Shown here piece by piece: positions 9,008-16,757 of a stretch of 64,000 nt of DNA. A model generated the notes under the pieces. The model was not told the DNA's origin. It did not search any database and was given only the letters and a program-made list of their open reading frames with translations. How positions within the stretch are numbered: position 1 is the first letter of the stretch; every line of letters begins with the position of its first letter. Origin of the DNA: an uncultured Parcubacteria group bacterium (GTDB lineage Bacteria; Patescibacteriota; Patescibacteriia; UBA9934; CAMTUG01). The DNA lies in assembly GCA_947084965.1 (NCBI GenBank), contig CAMTUG010000001.1, positions 409,301 to 473,300 of the forward strand, read 5' to 3'. A program made the position numbers and the translations under genes.

Positions 9008-10498
9008 ATGGGAGAGCTCGAAAGGGCTCTCCTTTCGGTTATGTCCACCATTGCCAAGAACACCATGCTCCTGACGCTCGCGTCGGTCGGCCAAAAGGCG
9101 ATCGCCTTTGTTTATTTTACGCTGATCGCCAACGCAATCGGCAAGGAAGCGACAGGCGATTACTTCCTCGCGCTTTCAATTACCACGATCTTTTCCGTTG
9201 TTGCCGACTGGGGTTTGACTCCGGTCTTGATCCGCGAAATCGCCAAACGACCAGGTGAAGCAGGGAAGATCCTGCGTTCAATCATGGCGCTCAAGATCCC
9301 GTTGATTCTGCTCGGTGCGGCTGGATCGATCGGTGCAGCGATGTTACTCGGTTACTCTGTCTCCGTCGTACAACTCGTTGCGGTCGCCAGTTTAGTTATG
9401 GCCGCGGATGCGATCTCGTTAACCTGTTTTGGTGTTCTGCGCGGCTTGCACAATCTGCGCTACGAATCGCTTGGAATCTTTGTTGGTCAGTCCGTCACCA
9501 CGCTCATCGGTCTTTTCTTCCTTTTTACAAATCCGTCGCTGACTCTTCTCATTATCGCTCTCCTTGCCGGAAGCACCTGGAACGCCATCTACTCCGCATC
9601 ACGTGTTGGTAAACACATTGGAGTTAAAGCACTCGTCCCATCGTTCGCTGGAGCAGAAGCAAAAAAGTGGCTCAAGCTCTCCGTGGCTTTTGTTCTCGCT
9701 GGCGCCTTTGTCAAAGTCTACTCGTACGTCGATTCGCTGATTCTGCATTCGATTCTCGGTTCCGGTGCCGTTGGGGCCTATTCCGTCGCTTATAAAATCA
9801 CCTACGCCTTTCAATTCCTCCCGATGGCATTCGTTGGTGCCTTGTACCCGCTCATGTCCACCCTTTGGGGGGAGGGGAAGAAGGCGGAGCTCGCTAAGCT
9901 CTTCGGCGACGCCATGTGGTACGTGATGCTCCTCGCCGCCCCAATCGTGTTTGGGATCTGGAGCATTGCCGATAAATTGATCCCTGCTTTTTATCCAAAC
10001 GGTTACGAAGAGTCCGTTCTTCCGCTACAGATCCTCGTTTTTGCCCTCCTCCTGCTCTTCGCCGATTTTCCGATCGGATCGCTTTTGAACGCTGCGGGCA
10101 AACAAGGGGTAAAAACAGCGATCATGGGTGGAACAATGGTCATCAATGCCGTTGCTAACATTATTTTGATCCCGCGCATTGGTCTCGAGGGGGCAGCCAT
10201 TTCGGCGGTCATCGGCGACACCTTCCTCCTGTTTGCCGGCTTGGCCATGGTTCCTCGCCTTATTGACACTTCGATGACGGGACTACTGGGCCGTATCGGT
10301 CCTATTCTCGCTAGCGGACTCCTGATGGCCGGAAGCGTGATTCTCCTCAAGCCATACCTCCATTTTGTGTTGTTGATTGGCGTTGGTGCTATCGTGTACA
10401 CGACCGTGCTCATTGCAACCAAAGCCTTAACGATTGAACACCTGCGCACGGCGTATAGAACGATGCGCGGCGGTGCTCCGGCATCTGAACCTGTATGA
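9008..10498 (+). CDS. Polysaccharide biosynthesis flippase, Wzx-like (MOP/PST family)
   Basis: 496-aa multi-TM protein. Its N-terminus NTMLLTLASVGQKAIAFVYFTLIANAIGKEATGDYFLALSITTIFSVVADWGL is typical of PST-family O-unit flippases. Confidence 0.65.
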   Translation: MGELERALLSVMSTIAKNTMLLTLASVGQKAIAFVYFTLIANAIGKEATGDYFLALSITTIFSVVADWGLTPVLIREIAKRPGEAGKILRSIMALKIPLILLGAAGSIGAAMLLGYSVSVVQLVAVASLVMAADAISLTCFGVLRGLHNLRYESLGIFVGQSVTTLIGLFFLFTNPSLTLLIIALLAGSTWNAIYSASRVGKHIGVKALVPSFAGAEAKKWLKLSVAFVLAGAFVKVYSYVDSLILHSILGSGAVGAYSVAYKITYAFQFLPMAFVGALYPLMSTLWGEGKKAELAKLFGDAMWYVMLLAAPIVFGIWSIADKLIPAFYPNGYEESVLPLQILVFALLLLFADFPIGSLLNAAGKQGVKTAIMGGTMVINAVANIILIPRIGLEGAAISAVIGDTFLLFAGLAMVPRLIDTSMTGLLGRIGPILASGLLMAGSVILLKPYLHFVLLIGVGAIVYTTVLIATKALTIEHLRTAYRTMRGGAPASEPV

Positions 10499-11538
10499 AG
10501 AATCTCGTTCTCTTCACCATTGATTATCCGCCATCGCGCGGCGGGGTCGCGCGGTATCTCTCATCGCTCGTTGCGCATTTCGGTGATCGCGTAAAGGTGA
10601 TCGCGCCGCCAGAGTATCAGTTGTTGTCTAAGATTCTCTGGCCGAAGTGGCTGCGCGCTGTGTACTTGATGCGCACAAAAACGAATCGCGACGATACGAT
10701 TTTGACAAGCCATTTGCTTCCGCTCGGACTCGCCGCCCGATTGTCTGGCCGACCGTATGTGGTGATGATGCACGGAATGGACTTTGCCTTAGCTCGAAGA
10801 AATTCCTGGAAGCGAGCGCTCACAAAGTGGATTTTGAAGAGAGCGAAGGTTGTCGTAACAAACACCGAAGCACTGGCTCGAGAGGTGAGAGGATTTGTGA
10901 AAGTGCAAGAGCTCGTCGTTGTTCATCCCTGCTTATCTGAAGAACTGTTGCGCGTTGGAGCCACACTGGATCGTCCACCAAAGTACGACGCGATTAATCT
11001 TCTAACGGTTGCGCGTTTGGTGCCTCGTAAGGGCCACAGCGTTGTCCTCGATGCCTTAGCAACGATTCGCGATCAAGGGTTTCCGGTGCCCCTCCGTTAC
11101 TACATCGTTGGTGACGGTCCACGCTATCGTGAACTGATGGAGCAGGTCAAAGCGCTCAAACTTCAAAATCAGGTGATCTTTAGCCGCAACGCCTCTGATG
11201 AACAGTTACTCGAGTATTACAAAAACGCCGACATCTTTGTGATGCCCACCGAGCACATGGGCCGCGATATCGAAGGGTTTGGAACGGTTTACATCGAAGC
11301 GGCGGCGTTTGGGGTGCCTTCCATCGCCTCGGAGCTTCCGGGCGTCGATGAGGCTGTCTTGCATGAGGAAACGGGGATCCTTGTGCCGTCCAACTCGGTC
11401 ACCGATCTGGCTGTGGCGATTCAACGCCTAGCCACAGATGCCGAATTGCGATCACGCCTCGGTGGAAATGCGCAGGCCCGCGCCCAGGCAGAGTTTCATT
11501 GCGATACCCAATTCGCCAAGCTCGACCACTTGCTATGA
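10495..11538 (+). CDS. Glycosyltransferase family 4 (GT-B)
   Basis: C-terminal EGFGTVYIEAAAFGVPSIASELPGVDEAVLHEETGILV is the E-x7-E retaining GT4 motif. The start overlaps the flippase stop by 4 nt. Confidence 0.75.
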   Translation: MKNLVLFTIDYPPSRGGVARYLSSLVAHFGDRVKVIAPPEYQLLSKILWPKWLRAVYLMRTKTNRDDTILTSHLLPLGLAARLSGRPYVVMMHGMDFALARRNSWKRALTKWILKRAKVVVTNTEALAREVRGFVKVQELVVVHPCLSEELLRVGATLDRPPKYDAINLLTVARLVPRKGHSVVLDALATIRDQGFPVPLRYYIVGDGPRYRELMEQVKALKLQNQVIFSRNASDEQLLEYYKNADIFVMPTEHMGRDIEGFGTVYIEAAAFGVPSIASELPGVDEAVLHEETGILVPSNSVTDLAVAIQRLATDAELRSRLGGNAQARAQAEFHCDTQFAKLDHLL

Positions 11539-12233
11539 TCTCCGTGATTATTCCAACCTACCAGCACGCTTCAACGCTTTCGCGTTGTCTTGAAAGTGTG
11601 TTTAAGCAGACGTTTAAAGACGTGGAAGTGATTGTGGTCGATGACGGATCGACTGACGGAACAGAGGAGGTTATAAAGCCGTACCTGGATCGCATTCAGT
11701 ACATCAAACAGGCCAATCAAGGTGCACCAGCGGCGCGCAATCGAGGATTTGATGCCTCCAAGGGCGAGGAAGTGATCTTTTGCGATGCGGATATTGTCAT
11801 GCGCGCCAATATGCTTGAGGTGTTGCACAGAACGCTTACAAACAATCCTGAGACGGCCTACGCCTACTCCGCGTTCCGCTTTGGCTGGAAAGGATTCACT
11901 TCGTATCCATTTTCTGCTGAACGTCTGCGTCAGATGAATTTTATTCATACGAGTGCACTGATTCGCCGTGCTGACTTTCCACGGTTCGATCAATCATTGC
12001 GGCGCTTTCAGGACTGGGACTTATGGCTGACAATCCTCAAACAGGGGAAGGGTGGGGTACACGTACCGCTTGAGCTCTTCCGCGTGATCGATGAGCGTGG
12101 TCGGGCCGGGATCAGCCAGTGGCGGCCGTCCCTTTGGCACAGAATCCCCTGGCAGAAGTTTGGTTGGAAACCGAAGTCCGTGAAAAAATATGATGATGCG
12201 AAGCGGGTGATTGCAGAAAAGCACGGGCTCTAA
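11535..12233 (+). CDS. Glycosyltransferase family 2
   Basis: MISVIIPTYQHASTLSRCLESVFKQTFKDVEVIVVDDGSTDGTEEV... and ...IFCDADIVM give the GT2 DxD motifs. ATG at 11535 overlaps the GT4 stop (ATGA). Confidence 0.75.
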   Translation: MISVIIPTYQHASTLSRCLESVFKQTFKDVEVIVVDDGSTDGTEEVIKPYLDRIQYIKQANQGAPAARNRGFDASKGEEVIFCDADIVMRANMLEVLHRTLTNNPETAYAYSAFRFGWKGFTSYPFSAERLRQMNFIHTSALIRRADFPRFDQSLRRFQDWDLWLTILKQGKGGVHVPLELFRVIDERGRAGISQWRPSLWHRIPWQKFGWKPKSVKKYDDAKRVIAEKHGL

Positions 12234-12251
12234 AATATTTTAGAATAGCGC

Positions 12252-12280
12252 GAACCCACCAGGAGTGTACTGGTGGGTTC
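12252..12280 (-). terminator. Intrinsic terminator hairpin shared by gene A (minus) and the GT2 gene (plus)
   Basis: GAACCCACCAG-gagtgta-CTGGTGGGTTC is an 11-bp perfect stem. It is flanked by TAAAATATTTTAGAATA on the left and a U-rich run on the minus transcript. It is paralogous to the hairpin at 49543-49569. Confidence 0.5.
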
Positions 12281-12307
12281 ATCGTGTGAGGGTCGTCGGA
12301 GTGCCGA

Positions 12308-13009
12308 CTACCTCGGGGGCGGCGGGGGTGGGGGGACCGCCACGACCTTGAGCGAGGCGGTGACGACCGGGTCCTTCGGCGTGAGCGTCAGGAGGCCGGT
12401 CATCGGGTCGCCGCGCTTGGTCTTCGGCTCGTAGAGGTCGACGCCGAGCAGGGTGAAGCCGACCTCGGTTCCGACCAGCGCCGTGGGACGGACGGAGCAG
12501 ACGAGGTCCACCCGGACCTCGCTGCCGGTCGGCGCCTTCTCGGGCGTCGGCCAGCGCAGTCCCATGCCGCCGGCGGTGTTGGGGAGGTAGCCGATCGACT
12601 TGTCGTCGCGGCCGGGGTACACCACCACGTGGCACAGCTCGAGGGTCTGCTGGGCCAGGGACTCGACCGGGGGCGCACCGGGTGGGAGCTCGGCGTTGAA
12701 GGGATCGACGATCCACTTCGCCCCGGAGCCGTCGCGGACCCACACCGCCATCTTGACATGGGGCACCGTGAAGACCTCGAACTGGTCCGCGGTGATGATC
12801 CACGTCCCGACGACGACGTTCTCGGCTCCGGGCCGGGCCTCCGCCGGCTTGTTCTCCGGCTCCTCCAGCTTGTAGGTGATGGGGACGTTGTCTTCGGCCC
12901 GGTCGTGCCAGTTGTCGCGCGCCATGTGCTTGGCGTGCCACTTGTGGAACCAGGGGCCAGCTTCTGCCGTCGGGGTGACGGCGACCATCAGGACGAGAGA
13001 CAGAATCAT
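12308..13009 (-). CDS. High-GC secreted protein of unknown function with a C-terminal poly-proline tail
   Basis: 233 aa with signal peptide MILSLVLMVAVTPTAEA and no recognisable catalytic motif. It ends ...VVAVPPPPPPPR. Third codon positions are strongly G/C. A GGAGG RBS sits 7 nt upstream of the ATG. Confidence 0.55.
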   Translation of the reverse strand: MILSLVLMVAVTPTAEAGPWFHKWHAKHMARDNWHDRAEDNVPITYKLEEPENKPAEARPGAENVVVGTWIITADQFEVFTVPHVKMAVWVRDGSGAKWIVDPFNAELPPGAPPVESLAQQTLELCHVVVYPGRDDKSIGYLPNTAGGMGLRWPTPEKAPTGSEVRVDLVCSVRPTALVGTEVGFTLLGVDLYEPKTKRGDPMTGLLTLTPKDPVVTASLKVVAVPPPPPPPR

Positions 13010-13128
13010 CGGTTCCTCCGATCTGGGTGAAGGCAGGCCTAAGGGCCCTGCAAGGGACGATCACAGCGCCGCTGTCGGCGTGGAATCTATGCCCAAAAGG
13101 CGCACATTCCATGTCGACAGGACCGTAA

Positions 13129-13157
13129 AAAGTAGCAGAAATTGGCCAAATTGTCAA
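13129..13157 (-). promoter_or_regulatory. Sigma70-like promoter of island A gene (TTGACA-17-TACTTT on the minus strand)
   Basis: The minus strand reads TTGACAatttggccaatttctgcTACTTTttac, followed by a leader of about 120 nt. It is paralogous to the island B plus-strand promoter (shared TCTGCTAyTTTTAC). Confidence 0.4.
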
Positions 13158-13200
13158 TGCCCATAGCTAAATTTAGCCAAATTTGATACATTTCTGGCGT

Positions 13201-13881
13201 ATGATGCAACGATTACAGAAGATTATCGCCGAGGCAGGGGTCGCTTCACGCCGGGCGGCTGAAGAGATGATTTTGGCTGGACGCGTAAAAGTGAACGGCC
13301 GGGTCGTGCGCGAACTGGGCACCAAGGCGGATCCGGAAACGGATCAGATCAGAATCGGAAACAAGGTTCTTTCGACGGAGAAGAAGGTATACATCAAACT
13401 CAATAAGCCGGTTGGCTACATCTCATCCAACTCAGGCGAGCAAGGCCAGAATGTTTTGAAGCTTGTGAAGGTCAAGGAACGCATCTATCCTGTCGGACGC
13501 CTGGACAAAGAAAGCGAAGGCTTAATGATTCTGACCAACGACGGGGAATACGCCCTGCAGATGATGCATCCGCGTTTTGAACACGAAAAGGAGTATCTTG
13601 TTGGGATCAGCCGGGCGATGACCCCTGAGGATTTTGAACGCATCGCTTCTGGCCCGCAGATCGACGGAGAGAAGATGCGGCCAATGAAAATTCGGGCGGC
13701 GTCCGAAGACGGTCTCACCGTTAGTATGGTGTTGAAGGAAGGGAAGAAGCGACAGATTCGCCGGGTGATGCAAAAATTTGGCTATCATGTCAATTCACTC
13801 AAGCGTGTTAGGATCGGTCGAGAATTGCTTGGTAACTTGGCGCCAGGAAAATGGGAATTCTTTACCCCGGAGACGTTTTAA
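13201..13881 (+). CDS. Pseudouridine synthase, RsuA/RluB family
   Basis: An S4 domain (...GVASRRAAEEMILAGRVKVNGRVV...) is followed by ...YIKLNKPVGYISS...YPVGRLDKESEGLMILTNDGE with the catalytic Asp. ATG at 13201; the track start at 13183 is a TTG. Confidence 0.8.
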   Translation: MMQRLQKIIAEAGVASRRAAEEMILAGRVKVNGRVVRELGTKADPETDQIRIGNKVLSTEKKVYIKLNKPVGYISSNSGEQGQNVLKLVKVKERIYPVGRLDKESEGLMILTNDGEYALQMMHPRFEHEKEYLVGISRAMTPEDFERIASGPQIDGEKMRPMKIRAASEDGLTVSMVLKEGKKRQIRRVMQKFGYHVNSLKRVRIGRELLGNLAPGKWEFFTPETF

Positions 13882-13888
13882 GTGAAGT

Positions 13889-15469
13889 ATGCTCGACCAA
13901 TTTTTAGGCAAGGCGTTTTGGGTTACCTACGGAACGTTAGCTGTAGCCTACATCGCTGGATTTTTTGCGATCAACACCTCTGTTGCCTATGCTCTCACAG
14001 GAATTACTGCACTGATCACGTTTGTGGTATCGGTCAGACGCCTCGAATTTGGCCTCCTGATCGCGTTTGCAGAGTTAATCGCCACTTCCCACGGTCATCT
14101 CTTTCCCTACGGCCGTATGGCGATTTTTGCTGCCGTGATGCTCGCTTGGGGAATCCACCAACTTCTCCCCTCATCCAGATACCGGCTTCTGAAGCCGGTA
14201 TCAAGATTTGGTGAAATCCTGATGCCATTCGGCCTTCTGCTTGTCGCTGTTGCTTGGGGGATCTTCATGGGACTGCGTTTCGGAAATGAACAAGGAAACG
14301 TCATCAACGACGCCAATGGGTATCTCTATATCCTCTACCTTTTGCCAATTCTTAGTGTTGAATGGACGAGCGCAGCCAAGCGCCTGCTCCTCCAGGTCTT
14401 TGCTGGGGCTGCAGGATTCGTCATCGACCTCACACTGCTCATCCTTTACCTCTTCACCCATCTTTCCGAGCCGGTTCAGCGGGCGATGTACACCTTCTTC
14501 CGCGACGCCCGGATCGCCGAGCTCACCCGCGTGGTCGACGATATTTTCCGTGTTTTCCTTCAAGCTCAATTTTTCCCGATGATCTTGCTCTTTATCGCTC
14601 TCAGCGCCATCTTTTGGTTCTGGAAATCACGCCGCGATCAGAACGCAATCGCGATCGTCATTATCGGCGCACTTTCGACGATGATCATCTCCATGTCGCG
14701 CAGTTTCTGGGTCGGGATGATCGTGGCTTTTGTTGTCATTATCGGATCCGTATTTGTGGTCAAACGACCGAGCATCAAGGAGAGTATAAGGCTCTCGTCT
14801 GCCGGTGTACTGATGCTCGTCACCTCTGTCGCCACGCTCTGGTTTGTTTTGGCCTTCCCGTTCCCGCAAGCCCGCAACGTCAGTGGTTTCGGCTCGTTCC
14901 TCTCTGACCGCGTCAGCTCGAGTGATGCGGCGATCAGTTCGCGCTGGAATTTGTTGCCAGAGATGAATCGCGAGATCGCAGAACACACGATCTTTGGAAG
15001 TGGTTTTGGCACAATCATCGCTTTTGAATCGGACGATCCACGAGTGCGCGAAATGTATCCAGATGGGAAGTGGCGCACGTACGCCTTTGAATGGGGGTGG
15101 CATGATGCCCTCATTAAAATGGGGATTCTTGGACCACTCGCATTCCTTTGGATCGGGTACGTTCTTGGCGCTGGACTCCTGCGTGGATTTAAAAAGGAAA
15201 CAGGCTGGCTTTCGATTGGCCTCTTTGCTGGCCTCATCGCCCTGTACGCCACGCACGCCTTCAGTCCGTACCTCAATCACCCGATCGGGCTCGGGTATCT
15301 GCTGTTCTTGATCCCGTTTCTCACCCCAAAAACACAAAAAGCTTCCGAAGAAGCCATGGTGCCTGTGGCCGACATTATCCGCGCAGAGTTCCGTACCCCC
15401 GTTCAAACTCCGGTGTCGTCATCGGTTTCTTCCCTTCAGGTTGAACCATCTGATTCGGAAGGAGCTTAA
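13889..15469 (+). CDS. O-antigen ligase/polymerase-like membrane protein (Wzy_C family)
   Basis: 526-aa polytopic protein. The ...GALSTMIISMSRSFWVGMIVAF... segment resembles the Wzy_C motif. It contains the in-frame palindromic insert at 14178-14205. Confidence 0.55.
   Translation: MLDQFLGKAFWVTYGTLAVAYIAGFFAINTSVAYALTGITALITFVVSVRRLEFGLLIAFAELIATSHGHLFPYGRMAIFAAVMLAWGIHQLLPSSRYRLLKPVSRFGEILMPFGLLLVAVAWGIFMGLRFGNEQGNVINDANGYLYILYLLPILSVEWTSAAKRLLLQVFAGAAGFVIDLTLLILYLFTHLSEPVQRAMYTFFRDARIAELTRVVDDIFRVFLQAQFFPMILLFIALSAIFWFWKSRRDQNAIAIVIIGALSTMIISMSRSFWVGMIVAFVVIIGSVFVVKRPSIKESIRLSSAGVLMLVTSVATLWFVLAFPFPQARNVSGFGSFLSDRVSSSDAAISSRWNLLPEMNREIAEHTIFGSGFGTIIAFESDDPRVREMYPDGKWRTYAFEWGWHDALIKMGILGPLAFLWIGYVLGAGLLRGFKKETGWLSIGLFAGLIALYATHAFSPYLNHPIGLGYLLFLIPFLTPKTQKASEEAMVPVADIIRAEFRTPVQTPVSSSVSSLQVEPSDSEGA
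14178..14205. repeat. In-frame palindromic insert, copy 1 (GATACCGGCTTCTGAAGCCGGTATCAAG)
   Basis: A 10-bp arm palindrome inside the ligase-like CDS, encoding RYRLLKPVS. Confidence 0.65.
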
Positions 15470-16208
15470 CGCGTAGCGGCGCGCCGTTGTGCTGAACGAT
15501 CGTATAGCACCCTGGCCAAGGGTGATAGGCACGGATCTTTCGATCGATCGTTTCAGGCGATTCAGTAAAATCGATCTTACCTGATTCTCGATCGAGGAGC
15601 GTGGTAATGGTCGCTCTGCTGTCATCCTGAGGGATCGGCTGAAGGGCGCCAGAAGCATACCCGCGCAGAACGTCGACCAGAAATGGACCCCCGACTTCCT
15701 GCAAACGCGAAGCGAGCGTTGCATAGGTATCATCTGTTTTTACTTCAACGGTCTTTTGACCAAGGATAGGACCGGTATCCATGCCAGCATCAAGCAGCAT
15801 GATCGAGATAGCTGTTTGCGTGTCGCCGTTTGCGATCGCCGCTTGGATAGGCGATGGACCGCGATAGTTTGGAAGTAAAGAAGGATGGACGTTGACGCAG
15901 CCGAGGCGTGGGATGTCGAGGATCTCTTGAGGGATCAATTTTCCATAAGCAACGACGACGAATACATCGGCACCGAGCGCTTTGAGTGTCTCAGGTGCCT
16001 CCGATTTTCGAAGGGAAGGGAATTGCAAAACAGGAATACTCGCCTCGATCGCACGAACTTTTACTGCAGGTGGTGTAAGAATTCGATCGCGCCCGACCGG
16101 TTTATCTGGTTGTGTCACAACAGCCAAAACCTCGAGGTCTTTTTCCTCGAGCAGGGCGCTCAGAAATGGAGCAGAAAAATCTGGTGTACCAAAGAATACT
16201 AACTTCAC
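15375..16208 (-). CDS. fmt: Methionyl-tRNA formyltransferase
   Basis: KLVFFGTPDFSAPFL...VVAYGKLIPQEILDIPRLGCVNVHPSLLPNYRGPSPIQAAI matches Fmt. A GTG start at 16208 (MKLVFFGTPDF) is preferred; the upstream ATG at 16268 would be encoded by the R1 hairpin repeat. Confidence 0.8.
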   Translation of the reverse strand: MKLVFFGTPDFSAPFLSALLEEKDLEVLAVVTQPDKPVGRDRILTPPAVKVRAIEASIPVLQFPSLRKSEAPETLKALGADVFVVVAYGKLIPQEILDIPRLGCVNVHPSLLPNYRGPSPIQAAIANGDTQTAISIMLLDAGMDTGPILGQKTVEVKTDDTYATLASRLQEVGGPFLVDVLRGYASGALQPIPQDDSRATITTLLDRESGKIDFTESPETIDRKIRAYHPWPGCYTIVQHNGAPLRVKLLPNQMVQPEGKKPMTTPEFERGYGTLRG

Positions 16209-16220
16209 AGCAAGAAAATT

Positions 16221-16283
16221 GGTAAGTGGTAAATAGAAAGCTGAGACACGAGCGTCTCCACTTACCACTTACTGCTTACTCTG
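16221..16283. repeat. Hairpin repeat, GTAAGYGG/GAGACAC family (R1)
   Basis: GGTAAGTGGTAA...GAGACACGAGCGTCTCC-ACTTACCACTTAC in the def-fmt intergenic region. Confidence 0.6.
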
Positions 16284-16286
16284 AAT

Positions 16287-16757
16287 CTAAAGTCTCGGAG
16301 GATTGGTAAACTGCTCAACTTTATCGATGAACAACACGCCGTCTAGGTGATCGATTTCATGTTGGAAGATCACAGAAAGTAGGCCGCTTCCCTTGACCGT
16401 CACCTTTTTGCCGTGTCGATCAAGCGCCTTGACCGTCACCGAGCGATAACGATGGACAAAGCCCCAGACACCGGGGACTGAGAGGCAGCCTTCTTCAAAA
16501 TCAAATTTACGGAAACTCTTCGCGGTGATGCGCGGGTTAATATACTCACGCGCCCCTTTACCTTCGTCCACGACGATGATTCGCTTGTTGACGCCAACCT
16601 GCGGTGCAGCCAAGCCCACACCATTAGCATTACGCATCTCAACGAACATTTCATCAATCAGCGTCTGCGTTTCTTCAGAACGCAAATCATCGAGTGAAAT
16701 CTCTACAGACTTCACGCGCAATCGGTCGTCCGGTTCGTGGAGAATCTCTAGTGACAT
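16287..16757 (-). CDS. def: Peptide deformylase
   Basis: GVGLAAPQVG...EGCLSVPG...HEIDHLDG are the three Def motifs. Confidence 0.9.
   Translation of the reverse strand: MSLEILHEPDDRLRVKSVEISLDDLRSEETQTLIDEMFVEMRNANGVGLAAPQVGVNKRIIVVDEGKGAREYINPRITAKSFRKFDFEEGCLSVPGVWGFVHRYRSVTVKALDRHGKKVTVKGSGLLSVIFQHEIDHLDGVLFIDKVEQFTNPPRL

Larger units (their letters stand above)
12237..13182. other. Compositional island A (GC3-rich, about 65-70% GC) with its own promoter and terminator
   Basis: GC content and codon bias jump sharply at both edges relative to the ~50% GC flanking genes. The island holds a single minus-strand gene. Confidence 0.6.

Noticed and set aside
12279-13166. Multiple long ORFs on both strands within island A (12279..13157-, 12400..12759-, 12600..12875+, 12629..13030+, 12876..13166+)
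   Set aside because: They are a by-product of 65-70% GC (few stop codons). Only 12308..13009(-) has a signal peptide, an RBS, a promoter and a terminator in a coherent arrangement.
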